DNA from: Marsupella aquatica
Lineage: Eukaryota > Plantae > Marchantiophyta
Direction of reading: 5' to 3'
Assembly: GCA_973895155.1 (NCBI GenBank)
Contig: OZ316896.1
Span: 16,595,752 to 16,659,751, forward strand
Length of the DNA stretch: 64,000 nucleotides
Below the pieces are notes generated by a model. It did not search any database and was not told the DNA's origin. It was given only the letters and a program-made list of their open reading frames with translations. Positions 40,191-53,400 of the stretch are shown here, in pieces. A program made the position numbers and the translations under genes. Numbering within the stretch: the first letter of the stretch is position 1; every line of letters starts with the position of its first letter.

Positions 40191-40519
40191 GTCACAAGCA
40201 CCACACAAGGCATTGCCTCCTAACTAGTCAAACCTTAAAACTTTGAAACTATTTGAATACACAATCCATAATGTCTTTGCCCAAAACTGCATATGTCTGC
40301 TCCTCATTGCATGGGACACAACATGGTAAAGTGTAGGGCTAGACAGCAAAGACACTTGGTAGGCCAGGGACAAAAATTGTGCAGTTTCTTGGTTTAGAAT
40401 AACTTTGTGTACAACTCCTTAAGAGGGGGTTGATTGGGTAAGAAAAGTTTCCAGGGGGCTGATCAAGTAAAGTTTTTCAGGTACAGGGTCTATTAAGCAT
40501 TTGACACTGTTATAATGGT

Positions 40520-41165
40520 GAATCCAACTTTCATATTTGGTCTTATGCAGATTTTGGGTCCAGTATTTAGATTATTTAGATTTTTATGTGCCTTAACAAG
40601 ATGAATCATTTGTATTAATTAGATTTTGAATTAAGTTTTGGGCCCCTTTTAATTTTAGTTAACTTAGAGTATTTTGAATTTATTTTGGATCCCCTCATAA
40701 GTGCTTGATTTTTCCTTTTCAATCCCTCTTAGTGAATTTTATCTTTTATCATGAGAGTGAGAGAAATGATTTGAACAATGTGCACATGTGGTGCACTAAG
40801 TTCCCCTAATGGTTTCCTTTACAAAATTTATCGTTTTAAAGGAGTTGATTGTCATTATCTAGAAGCAAATGAAATCTGTACCTTATGTGCACAACTCTTG
40901 AGTATCTTTGTAGTTTTCTTGGTCATTATGTGTTTTTTTTTGCATGTACATTTATGGGTTTGTGTAGTCTCTCACTCACTTTGTGTTTTTTTTGCATGTA
41001 CATTTATGGTTTTGTGTATTCTCTCACTCACTCTTAATTAACAGATATTATTTTCTTAATATGAACTTTACATCATTCTACTCTCTCCTTTTATCATAAA
41101 TAAAATTAGATGAATTACTACACTACAAGACAAAAAAAGATACATGTTCCAGGATGAACATGCTA
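40520..41165 (+). repeat. Dispersed AT-rich repeat, copy 2 (longer than copy 1)
   Basis: Same orientation as 22288-22767, with extra internal sequence. Confidence 0.85.
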
Positions 41166-41481
41166 TATATCCCTCTTTCAAATTCCTTGCTGACATTAGA
41201 CTCACAACCAGCCATGGGGCAATGGTAACCTCTTGGGAACACCTATGATGGCCCCATATTTGAGACCCCCTAATATTTGAGACCCCCTAATAAAGTAATC
41301 CCTTTGGGGAGCAAAAAGTCTAAGATTTTAATCTAATCCCAAATCAATAGTCAAGAGGGTTGTAACACAACATTCGACTTTCCCGATCCAAAAACTGTGG
41401 TTTATCGTCATCTCTCGTGGAGTCCAAGAGCAAGAAATTGGGTGACAGTCGTCATCATTCTGCCGTGTCGCAACTCTTGGT

Positions 41482-41485
<4 letters not shown>

Positions 41486-41515
<30 letters not shown>
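41486..41515 (+). repeat. (CT)n microsatellite in the probable 5' UTR of the UBL-LRR gene
   Basis: About 14 CT units. Confidence 0.9.
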
Positions 41516-41519
<4 letters not shown>

Positions 41520-41928
41520 TGCTCGCCCTTCGTTGCATAGCGGGGCCGGCCGGCGTGTTCGAGACCCTCCACAGCAACCAGCTTCTGCTCCGCTTCCGAC
41601 TGGATGTTGTCACGGTGCTCAAGATGAAGCAGTGAAGACGTTGTTCAACATCATCACCTGGTTGCTTCCGACCTTCGATTGCCTATCAGCTGCTGCGTCT
41701 ACTGCGGAAGGTTGTCATGGTGATCAAGATGAATCTGGCCTGACGCCGTTTTCTGGAATTCAGAGCCCCGCAATTGGCGACCTCCATCCGCGATGTGTTG
41801 TAGAGTTTCACAAATGCGGAGGAGGTGAGAGATCGATCGGGGACGACAGAAGGCGGCTTGATTTCTGAAACGCACGCGATTGGGGCACCACTGAGTTGAA
41901 ATTATTCCGACTGAAATTACTGGGGGCC

Positions 41929-44900
41929 ATGGAAGGGGGAACGGCGTCGAAGGAGGGGTCCATCACTGTCTCTGTAAAGTCTGGCACGCAGTCGCTGCCA
42001 ATTACGTTGCCGAGCACTGCTTCTGTGAAAGATTTGATGCTGCAAATTAAGCAGCTCACCAATGTCTTGCCCCGTGGCCAGAAACTTATCTACAAAGGTC
42101 TGTGAAGTCATACGAAGATGACAGTTTGAGATGGTTTGAAAAGCGGAATTTTCTTTGGTCCAAGTTTGTGCTTGAGAGAATCTTGATATGTCCGAGGTAT
42201 TATCATTCTAGCGTTGCTGAATTCTACCTTCTTAAAGGTCCGGCTTATTCCTGTTTGAGCACCAGTTTGTGCCTCTAGAAATTGTTCCAGAAATGGAATA
42301 GGTTGTCTGGGGTAAACGCGGAAAATCGATTCCAGTTGATGATTGAATGGACTTTGCAGGAAAGCTGTTGGACCCGGATATGACGTTGGCAGGTTTAAAA
42401 ATAGTGAATGGTGCTAAACTCATGCTCATGGCTTCGGATGGAGTCCATCAAGGGGTATACTTGATCTTTAGCTTGTTTGTCAAATTTTTCAATTTCCTGT
42501 TGCGAACTTCTCTTGTTGAATGAAGCTTGTCCATTTTGGGATTTGGTCGCTCTCACGTTTTTCCCAACAGAATTTGCGTTTGAATGCGGTTTCACGGAAA
42601 CAAGTAGACCGAGTACTAAGAAGTAAGCCTGCAACAGGGTCCACCGTCTCCTTCGACAAAAACAACAAAGTCTATGTTGCAAGGGAAACTGAAAAATGTC
42701 CTTGGAGCCCTTCACGTACCAAAGATGGGCAAATCTATTGAAAAAGGACGGGTAGGAGCTTGGCAAGCAACGGGAATAGTATCCTTACGTGATGGCCATC
42801 TGCAGGTATCTGAATTTATACATTTGTTTCCCTTGTCATTCGTAGATTTCCAATTTTTAGGATCCGTACGATCCATGCGATTGGCTTGCACTTTTGTTTT
42901 TTGGTTGGGCAAGCCCGTGCCCTTAAATTCAAGTTCTATTGCATTCAGCTACCTAGGGCACTCCTTTTAACTTTGTGAATGTGAAGTTCATCATTATTGC
43001 CGTGAATCTGAGATGCTGTAGCGTGTGAAGTCTGAACGCATTTGCTCTTAAATTCATCTGAATTTTAGCCACCTTGGGCACTTCTTTAAATTGGATTTGT
43101 GAAGCTTAACCTTTTGCAGAGCGTATGGTAAACCTTCTTTTGGTTTTGGTCTTATTCCTTCTGTTCAATTTAGCTGCTTTGGGTACGTCAGTGAAATTGG
43201 GTGAGATTCAACTTCATTGCAATGTACCTGAGAGACTGACACCACAGGTTAGATTAGGCAGAGAAGACTTATTTCAAGGTTTACCAGTAGCTGAGACGGT
43301 ATCTTATCAGTTTGGAGGATGTCTGCTCTGCTTAGCTGATGGTGGCTGATGTATTGAAGGGTAGACAGTTCCCAAAGAGGTGTGGGCTTTGGGACCAGCA
43401 GTCCGAATCATGGATCTCTGTGGAAACAACCTGCGAACCATTCCAGAGGAAATTTCTGCTCTTCTGAACCTGCAGGTGTGCTTTATCACTCCATTATCAG
43501 CTTCTTCATTACACTCCAATGATAAAGATATCCCATAGAGCCAAAAGATAAGTGGAATAGGTGGAGGGTTACTTAAATGCTGGTCCTCTTGATTGCGCAG
43601 AGGCAGTGCTTATGAATTGTCTTAGTTGCTATTTAAATCAATTGGAAGAAATGGAATTAGATGATCGTGTAAAGGAATCAATCCTGTTCTGTGTGTCGTA
43701 ATCGTGGTCAATATTAAAGATAGTAGCTGTTTCCACTTGTAAAGGCAAATTCCAGTATACCACATGGGCCGTAAGTGCACCAAGAATTCGTAGTCAGACA
43801 ATATCAAGAGTCCTGATGGTTGAGGGGAGCATAGATTATGTTGCAAAGACCGGAGGTGTTCGTGCTTTATGCTATTGAATTTGATATGGGTATTGTTTCT
43901 ACATTTTGTAGAAATTAATCTTTCTCGACTGATGTTGAAATTTGGTTTTCAGAGGTTGCGGCTGAGCTCCAATTCTCTTACAGAAAATGATATCAATTGG
44001 AAGAGCCTTTCTGCTTTGAAGTCTCTTTCTAATTTAGCTCTTGATCACAATCGGTATATTACACAGCTTTCAATTTCTTCAATTGCTTGATAGCCTCAGG
44101 GTGATATTTGGTTATGGATTGATCTACCAACTTTAGCGTTTTGCCGTTTCATTGGCTTTTTGCGGCTACCTTCAAGGTTCCTATTCGTAAAACAGTCTGA
44201 ACTGTGGTCCTGAGCCATAATCCTATGATATTTGTCGCCGTCCTGCAGACTGAAGGCGCTCCCCAAAGACATTGGGAATTTGACAACGTTGAAACTTTTG
44301 AGTTTGGCTCATAATCAAATACAAACAATACCTGAAGAAATTGGCAACCTCGCACAACTGGAAAAGCTGGATCTCAGTCATAATAAGTAAGTTTCTGTTA
44401 TTGGTTGTGATCAGTTTCGTTCAGGCTCTTGGATTTTTGGGTGTTCACTTTTGCATTTTTGCATATGGTTAGATACTTTGGGACTAATAACGTAGAATAA
44501 CTCTTCACTTTCCCGAAATTAAAGGGCTGAAAGTCAGCATCCAGATTGTAGATCCCTTTATACAGCATCTACTAGCTGAAATATAAGCGACCGTCTTCAG
44601 TGTCAAAAATTACAGTTTAATGTAAGGAGTATTTGAAATTTTCGAAGTCAGTTGCTTGTATGGGATAATGGTGTCGATTGTTTTAGTTGCTCTCTGATCT
44701 CACGCTGAGGTTTAGGGTTTAGGGTTTAGGGATGATGGGAAAACTAGTTTTTCATTTGGGATCAAGTTCGGTTTATGCATATCTTTGTCATGTGTTTGAT
44801 TTACATTGCCTTTTGATTGTCACATTCTATGCATGACTCTTCTGTGTGTCGGCCTTTTACAGGTTGACCACTATCCCTTCAACATTTGGGCAATGTACTC

Positions 44901-46033
44901 AGCTTACTGATGTTAGTTCCACTGATTCATCTCGTGTTTTTTTCCCTTCAAGAACGTTGCCTATGAAGAGCCCATTCTGGGCCCTTGTGTCTGAACAAGA
45001 ACCGTCCCTGGCTCAAGGTCTTCATACCTACTCATGTGTGTAAAAGTACCTTATGACTAACATAAATGAACAAACTCACGAGGGTCCAAAGATGTTCAGA
45101 TCTGGTCTCCTGCCCTTACACAATTCTTTTGGACTTGAGGAAAAGTAGGGGAACAGCGTTGGCGTGTACAAACAACTGTAAATATCCTCTGGGTTGGAAG
45201 TTGATCTAAACTGAAATGAGGCTTCGTGAAATTACATTCTGTTAGACAACTGAATCGAGCCACAACACTTGCCGATCGGTTTTGATGGCTCCGCTGAAGT
45301 AACTGTACGGCTCCCTCTGTTTGTGCAGGTAAACTTCTCTGCGAATCATCTGTCAGCAGTTCCGTCTTCATTGAGTAACTTGGTATCCTTGAAGGTAATA
45401 TCATGCCTACTACGAAAATACTCTGGCTGATGAACACTCTGTTCCATGTCATTTCTTACTTGTGGCCACTAGTAATCATATACGAGATGATTAATTGCAG
45501 GTACTGGTCCTGGATAATAACGCTCTGGAAACTATCCCAGGAGAGATTCTTTCTGGATGCCTTGAGCTCAACACTCTGTCTTTGCATGGAAATCAAATCA
45601 CAATTGATAAACTTCGAGAGGTATGTTTGTCTAATGACCTGTGGACCTTACTGATTTGGTCAATGAAGATTTGGATTCTGGTGTTGTTTGCACAAGATAA
45701 GTCTGTCAAACGCTGCATAGAGTAGATACTCCCATCATTGCCGAGATTATTTAGTTAGAATGCAGTTGGCACCCTTTTTTGAAAAGTCTGATTTACATTG
45801 ATCGGAGGAAATTTTGAAGTTTGCCGTTTGTGTGGACTACAATATATAAGAGTGGTCAATGGATGGTTCAACTCACAGGCAACTGCTTGTTTACTATTTT
45901 CCAGACCGAGGGGTGGGCTGATTTTGACAAAAGAAGGAAGTCCAAGTACTCCAAACAGTTAGACTTCAATGTAATTGGATCTTCAAGTGGTTTTGATGAA
46001 GGAGCAGATGCTCAACAATGGACCAATTGGTAA
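41929..46033 (+). CDS. Ubiquitin-like domain + LRR protein (At2g30105-like); about 10 exons: 41929-42097, 42360-42454, 42638-42805, 43365-43475, 43953-44053, 44249-44386, 44863-44911, 45329-45394, 45501-45620, 45905-46033
   Basis: UBL ITVSVKSG..VKDLMLQIKQLTNVLPRGQKLIYKGKLL..GAKLMLMAS; WQATGIVSLRD; LRRs; conserved C-terminus EGWADFDKRRKSKYSKQLDFNVIGSSSGFDEGAD. Confidence 0.9.
44711..44731 (+). repeat. Interstitial plant telomere repeat (TTTAGGG)3 in an intron
   Basis: tttagggtttagggtttaggg. Confidence 0.9.
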
Positions 46034-46715
46034 CAAGTACCATAGTATGTCGATATTAGCCCTCATAATGGTCGGAGTGATTTGTGTTATATGATGTCAG
46101 GATGGTATTTTGTGAATACTGTGGCATATTTGGCTTGAATAACTACTGAATTTTGTGTATGCAAATGGTTTTTCTTATAAATTAGTCTATGTTTAATATT
46201 CCGGGGATCGTTTTTGGTCAGAAAAGTCCATAAAGGTGTCATTCTTTTTTGCTGCAGGTGATGAATCAGCAACAATTGAATTCCTGTAAACTGTCTTTGA
46301 GAATGATCTGCCTGCAACCGTTCCATAGCTTGATCAGCTCAAAATTATGTAGTTGTGAGTGAAGATAACGTTATTTTCTTATGTGAAGTTCCTCACATGT
46401 TTCGTTTCCACCAGGAGGTCCAATCATCGTTGCTTCCTAGAAGGATATGTCAGCCCTGTGATATCTTTGGTTCCGGTTGCTATTGTAGTAACAGTTGATT
46501 GTTGTGTAAAGAATGGGCCCGAGATGTACAAATTATCATGGATCTTATTGTCCCATACATGATAGGAGATATTGTAAACCAAGTAGTCATTTCCGGGGGA
46601 TGGTGTCAGCGTGTGAGGGAGAAGATGCTGAAGATATTGTGTACATGATTTTCTTGTGTGTGTGAAGGAGACGATGCCAGGGATATTATGTATATGATTT
46701 TCCTGCGTTATTTAG

Positions 46716-46866
46716 TGACCATTAGATCTCCTTAGACTTAAGAATCTCCCTCGACTTAAGAATCTCCCTCGACTTAAGAATCTCCCTAGACATAAGAATG
46801 ACCATTAGATCTCCCTAGACTTAAGAATGACCATTAGATCTCCCTAGACTTAAGAATCTCCCTAGA
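46716..46866. repeat. Compound tandem array of 18-bp (gacttaagaatctccct[c/a]) and 29-bp (gaccattagatctccctagacttaagaat) units
   Basis: Visible directly; a related sequence recurs at ~48160-48245. Confidence 0.85.
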
Positions 46867-48216
46867 GGAAAGAATGTTTATTAGATTCTGGCTAATGGGG
46901 CGTATAACTTGGTGGGAAACTGTGGGAAACTGGCTATTAGGACACAGAAAACCTGGCCAATTCTTGCTAAAAGTAGCTAAAACTGTTTGAAGAGGTGGAT
47001 TCTAGTAAAATAAAGAGGTGGATTCTAGGAAAATGAAGCCTGGATGTACCTCCATGTTGGACACAGGTCTCCCAAAAACCACATTTGGTAGTCCCTGGAA
47101 ATTATGGATTTATAACTTGATGACTGAATTTTAAAATAATATTTAGCTTTTCATTTGCAAGGCAACTAGGGAGGAAGAGCTGAAAAATTAATCTAAAATA
47201 ATTCAACAAAGCTGGTCAAATATTCAATCACTTTGACTAAAGTGTAGTTTACCTACTCCTCTAGCACCTCCTCAAAACTAAAGATATTTACAAATATTTA
47301 ATTTTATCAAGTTATTACAATTTTTGTCACCCAAACAAAACACTCTTTTGAATAGGATAATTGTGAAATATAATGCCCTGAAATAGGATAATAGTGCATT
47401 GTGAGATATAATGCCCTGAAAAAGAGTGCACTAGCCCGAGTTTTGAGGGCATTATTTTCATAATGCCCGCAATTAGGACATTAATGTATGTAAAAATTTG
47501 AGTGATTTTTTTGGTAACAAACATGAAAAAGTGAATCCTTGAAATATGAAATTCAAATTAAAGGGTCATCCAAGAAGTGTTTGCTATGGAAGTATAACAG
47601 ACTGCCAAAGAGCAGGAGGCGCTGAACCGGGAGACAGAATCCCACAGGCCAAAAAACCCAATCAAGGGAAAACAAGAAAAAAGACCAGAAAGCCAAAGAG
47701 CAAAAACAAAAAAGACCAGGCACAAGCCCAGCCCAAGGAGAACAAAGGACACACAAACCTAAAGACTACACCCAACGGCAAAGGAAGTGGCCAAAAATAT
47801 ACCTTCTTTAGTTATATTAGATTCTATTCATAAATATTTTGTTAGTATCACCATATAAAATTTGGTTATCATCTTGAGATCTTGACTAAATTTTAGAAAA
47901 CAATTGAATGATAAAACTATATTTAATTTTTACTTTTACTATATTTATGGTGTTTTGTATAATACTCTCCTAAAAAAAGGTGCATTATGGAGAATTAATG
48001 CACTCAAATATACAACGAGAAAAGTCATGAAAGTATTTATTTAAGGGTTTTTTTTAGGAGTTTACCTTTTTGCCTAGTGGCCCCTGAGAAGATGCTCAAA
48101 AGATTATTTTTTCGCGGCCAGAGAAGATGCTCAAAAGATTTTCTATTTAAGTATTTTACTGACCATAAGATTTCCCTAGATTAAAAACTGACCGTTAGAT
48201 TCTAGCTAATGGGGCC

Positions 48217-48368
48217 TGGGTTTAGGTGGAACACTGGCTAATGACAACTAAATAGTAGCTAATTTTATTAAAAAGTGATTATTTTAGTCAGAAATGGGTT
48301 TAGGTGGAACACTGGTTAATGAGACAACTAAATAGTAGCTAATTTTAGTCAAAAGTGACTATTTTAGT
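48217..48368. repeat. About 78-bp tandem duplication
   Basis: tgggtttaggtggaacactgg.taatga..caactaaatagtagctaattttа-type unit at 48217 and 48295. Confidence 0.8.
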
Positions 48369-49399
48369 AAGATGGCAAAAGATTTGTGGGGAGATGAAAT
48401 TTAACAAATTTTTGCCACTAAAAAAACACTCGAGATTCCCCCTTTCTCTCCAGAGCAACTTGTCCTTGTAGCCTAGGGTACTAGTAAGATAGTCATCAGA
48501 CCTAGGCGTAATTCTCAGGTAGCTCATGATGCCACGCGGCTCCAACAGAGTGGGCAGTTCTGCTAGAATAATACAGCAGATCTGTCAAGGACCAATTATT
48601 GTCGTTGCAGTATCGCCTTTTTTGGGCTTCACAGAGACCTACATTGAAAGGCATTACAATGCATTATTAAACCGTATAGTAAAGGAGTGTAGTACCGCGA
48701 GTCTTCGGACAGATGGCAGTCTCAGGATCAATCCCCAGCATGACGAGGGTAGATCCAATGATCGCTATGCCTCTGGTGTACCGTCATTTGAGGGGAATTT
48801 AAAGTTTTTGTTTTATAGTGTCTTTTTAACGTTATCTCGTGCGAAGGACAGGATACTTAGAGTAATTTAATTTTCTTCCATTAGATTGTGAGTGTTAGAT
48901 CTTCTTAGATGTAAGAACAGCAATAAACTTTTGGCAAAAGGTGTCTGGCTACCTGGGAAAATTGGTTAATCAAGACAAAAGTATTAGCTATTTTCTCCCC
49001 AATGTTTTATGAGGATTTGGTGAATATTTCCACTGAAGAAACCTGGTACCTTTGGCTTTCCCTTTACTTCGGAGCTTGGAGTTGAGCCTTCTGTTTTCTT
49101 TTTAATGGTATGTCCCCTATTTTCTATTTTCATGGAAGGCTCATCAGCTTTAAGGATTTGAGCAAGTTGTGCTCTATATTTTCATGAAAGGCACAGCCTG
49201 TTTGGCAGAACTACAAGTCAGTATGTGAATGAGACCCCAAAATGGCCCTAATATATATTGTAATATTAGTTCACCTTATTGTGGTCACTAATCTGGTTTA
49301 AGAATTTGGGCAAGAAGCTATTGTGAAGCCCTCGATCTCAGGACTATCACTTTAAAAGTGTGACTATCTCTAGTGCATCCAAGATTTTGACTTGGTGGA

Positions 49400-50440
49400 T
49401 CAAAATTCTCGTCTAATTTTGCCCATTTTCAATGCCTATTGTCTAGAAGAAAATCACAGCTGAATTGCAGGGCTTGCACTCATTAGCCAGACCACATTAG
49501 CCAAAATCCAAGAGTTATCCCTGAATTTTAGTCTGGGAGATGTAACATCGAGTATTAATCGAACTAATCCGATAAATAATATTTTGAGCATCACGTATTC
49601 AATATATTAGTTCATTGGGTATTTTCTGGGACCCACGCTGAACTTGATTTGACCTTTTCAAGTCCAAAAGACCCCTTTTTAGAGATTCTCGAGTACGGAA
49701 GGTCGCTACAAATCCGTAACTGACGTCGACGGCACGGCATCGTCCCATACGGTGTGTCGTATGCACATCGTATCTGTTGACCATTTTGGGAATGCTAGGT
49801 CGGGGAGAGGGATTGAACCCTGGTCAGCACCGTGGGAGGTTACTATGACACCAATACACTAACCCCGGTCAGTTCTGTGGTAGGGTACTATGATATCTGC
49901 TGCGCGTCTGTATTCTTCGTTGAATGATAATTTGATAATGTTTTAATTCACAAGAAATGAAATTGTGCATTTCTTATGTGTCTTTTGTGGTTTGTTAATG
50001 GATAGCACTTGGGTCTTCTTTCAGTACAATGTTTTGTGATAAGAGTTTCTAATATAATTACACTGTTATAATATTTTACTATCTTAATTTATTGGAAATT
50101 ATATTAAAAAATTATATTATTATATTTTACTTTAATGTATTAAAAGTAACTAATCAAATTAAAGTAATTGCAATTTATTTATTGTACAATTATTTTTAAA
50201 ATAGACAGGCGTAGCAGTCTTGGACAGGGTGACCGTTACATTATTGACTGGAGGCCAGAATTATTAAATATTTACCTAATCATGGGTTGTCAAGGGTTGG
50301 GCAGACTTACTGTGTAGCACAAAGGTCGCGGCTTCCGTTGGATCGAGTGGGTTGGGGGGGTTCAAGCCCTGCAATTCAGCTGTGATTTTTCTTCTAGACA
50401 ATAGGCATTGAAAATGGGCAAAATTAGACGAGAATTTTGA
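49400..50440. repeat. About 77-bp near-perfect inverted repeat pair (49400-49476 and 50363-50440)
   Basis: tcaaaattctcgtctaattttgcccattttcaatgcctattgtctagaagaaaatcacagctgaattgcagggcttg and its reverse complement, differing by one indel. Confidence 0.9.
49798..49870 (-). pseudogene. tRNA-Gly(CCC)-derived pseudogene or SINE head
   Basis: Minus strand GACCGGGGTTAGTGTATTGGTGTCATAGTAACCTCCCACGGTGCTGACCAGGGTTCAATCCCTCTCCCCGACC: A-box TAGTGTATTGG, B-box GGTTCAATCC, Gly-type arm with CCC; acceptor and T stems are mispaired. Confidence 0.7.
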
Positions 50441-53400
50441 AAATTAGGGCAAGAGAAAGAATAAAAAAACAAAGGATATTCGAAATAACAAAGAACATAT
50501 ATGGGGGTCTCAAATAAATTTAAAACTGATGGAATAATAAAGAAGACAGCCTCATAGGCTAAAATTAAAATGAAAATAACAACCAAATAAAGATGGATCA
50601 GGGAGACTGAAAAAAAGATGCACCATATAGTAGCATCATTCTTCTGATAAGAGTTTCCAACAAATCTTAACTACTACTTTGGTTGGAGTTAAGATCACGA
50701 TCCACATCCAAACATTTTCATTTTTGAGCAGGCACATACCTTAGTGACACTCTGGTAGAAATAGACTCCAGAATGTGTCTATGTGCAAATATTTTTTTTG
50801 GGGGGGGGCTGGTGTCACCTGGAACTTGCAGATCTCAGGTTTAAGCCCCACTCTCCCAATAGGTGAAGCGGGGGAGGGTTTGGGGTGTGTGTGGGATGGG
50901 CCTTGTAATCTACTGCTGTTGAAGAATTTCAGTGCCATAAATAAACAACCACTTGTGTTGTTGGTAACCCCAAATCCATGAGGTAGATTTTCAAATCATG
51001 TTAATGAAGAACTAATTAATCGCCACTTGACTTGCACCTCAAAATGAACTGTCCCTTTGCCCAAAATGAAGATTGCCCAGGGTAAAATATTTGTGGGGAG
51101 TCAGAGATGCCTCCATCTCAAATCTTCAATTTGTTGGGATAAAATCTCTATGTTGTTTGGGATCCCTGAAAATATCCAAAAATCAAATGCTACTCTCTGG
51201 GCCTACTTGTCTAATTAGACCATTCTAACCAAAGATATAATTGGAAGTGAGGGTGCAAACAGAAAACTCTAACTTAGGGCATAACCAAAATGACAGTAGA
51301 GACAAAAAGTCAAGGACTCTAATTGAGGGTATAACTAAAAGTGAAGTTGTAGACAGAAAACAAGGAAGAAAACAGGGTTGAGACAAAGATGAGGAATTAG
51401 CATGGAATTTCTTTTTTACACAACGTTTTCTTCCCTCCCCGTTCCATTTATGTTCAAGCATTACTAATCAGGCTAACATATGTCAACCCAAGGATATGGA
51501 TTTAGATTTTTATTTTCTTCTTTGGCTTTCGTGCGCGGGTTAGGGGTGCATCACAAACTAGGGTTTACAAGCACCCAAACAAAATTATCTATTTTGTGCA
51601 CCATTGGGATGGCACTACTGTAGGTGTACTAATAAGAGACGGAGGTTGGCAGTGGTTATTCATTCCCTAGAGTAACCTTTGGAGACAGTCTTAATTACGG
51701 CTCCATAATACAAAGACTACAATCATTAGTAATCCAGTTTCTGTCATCACAGCCTGAAAATGCTTTACCACTCAACAACGATAATCATCACAGTTTCTCG
51801 ATGACAATTTGTCATCGCGGGAAATGGATTGGTCCTCGATTGCAGACCTCGAACTTTACTGCCCGGTCGCTGAATTCCGTTGCTTTGCTTTGCTTTGCTT
51901 TGATTGATTCGCTTCACAGAATCTCCAGTCGTCCAATGTAAGGGAGTACCATTCCATGGCTTCGTCGATTGCTTCTACTTGACAACATGCTGTCCTTACT
52001 CTAGATTTGCTTGTTTCCTTCGAAAATACGTTCCAATCCCTTCTGGGATGTAATCTCTAATCTGAGCATTGAAATGTGTCGGATCAGACAAGTCGTCAGG
52101 CACACGATTGGAGCGTGAGTAAAGAGAGAAGGAGAGAAAGAGAGTGGAGTCAGAGAGTGAGAGAACGTCGTGTGCCGAGAAAGTCCACGACCGTGGACCC
52201 TTTTCATCGAATTTCATCGAGGACGTGGTTGGTGAACTTGGCAAGTCAGCTGCTGAAGGAACAGCCTACAGATCTACGACCATCTACTGTTTTAGCCGCT
52301 TTCGATGCCTGGTCCCTTTTACGCCTCACTACTTTCCCTAATCTCGGAACCAATATAATGCGAGACTGCAATTCTTCTGTGACAGTGGGGAACAAATTCC
52401 TGTTCGTCACGATGAGAGCTGGACCTTGAGTTCCTGAAACTTCTTATTATAGAGCAACCCTCAGCTCATGAACCAATCGTCATCAGGTCTTCCGTAGTAT
52501 GTTTCAATTCTCCTCTCCCTCTCAGCTGGTGGCTAATTTCGGTAGTTTGAAAGCATTTCCCGCGAGAATGATAGTTTCAATGGGTGGGCGTTGACGAGGT
52601 TGGCCGGGAGATTAGCCGTCGCAATGTGGGGCTCAGCATTTAGAACCTACATCCCCGCCTGGATCATTCTGAAGATGTCAGTCAAAGGATTCAGTATGCT
52701 ATAGGTGTGCAAAATGTAAGTTGGACGAGTTGGTTAATGCAGCACTGCGCAAGTTGGAAGCACCCATAGATGCATACTATTGGTACTCAGGCGGGCTTCA
52801 CAGGGGCCAATAAGGGATTAAATATCTACAGCGGCTACATAGGGGCAGTGATTTTCGTACATTGCGAAAGTGGTTCGCTGTACACGATCAATCTGCTACA
52901 GCTGTCGAGTCTTCTGCACCGTCGGCCAGGTGAGGTGAGCCTCGCAGACATATAGAGGGATTTATGATTGCATGAGCTCGATGACCTTTACAGATATTCG
53001 CTGAGAATAAAGGCGTGATCTCGGGGTCTGTGTGGGGTCCAATCCATGTCTGCGTCGGCTCACAAGTCTTGTGAAGGGCCACGAATTTTCATGTGTAATA
53101 GGATGTCTGAGACTCTCGACGTCTCCCTGTGGGCGCGTTGGAATGATGACTAATATTTGCTGGTCCTACTTTTGTCCTACACGGTAAGATGATTGTGTTG
53201 AAGACAAACCTTTGTCGACTCACCCGAAAAGTGACTGCCTGTCTTTGCCCGCGAGATTGTACCTCAGTGGCCCAGTATATAACATTTGGGGCTACATCAT
53301 TCTGTTATTCGAAAGCCTATTGTGGTCTCGCATGGCTGCATCTATTTCCTGTCGAGGTTGGCAGTGTCGCAACCGCTTAGCCATCTCATGAAAGCTCTCT

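Noticed and set aside
42571-42741. Apparent frameshift in UBL-LRR exon 3
   Set aside because: Using the acceptor at 42637 (CAG|GGT) restores the frame.
47570-47790. A-rich Lys/Gln ORF (similar tracts at ~24500-24840 and ~56760-56960)
   Set aside because: Low-complexity sequence resembling reversed LINE 3' UTRs, with no diagnostic domain.
49798-49870. Functional tRNA-Gly gene
   Set aside because: Acceptor and T stems are mispaired; treated as a pseudogene or SINE head.
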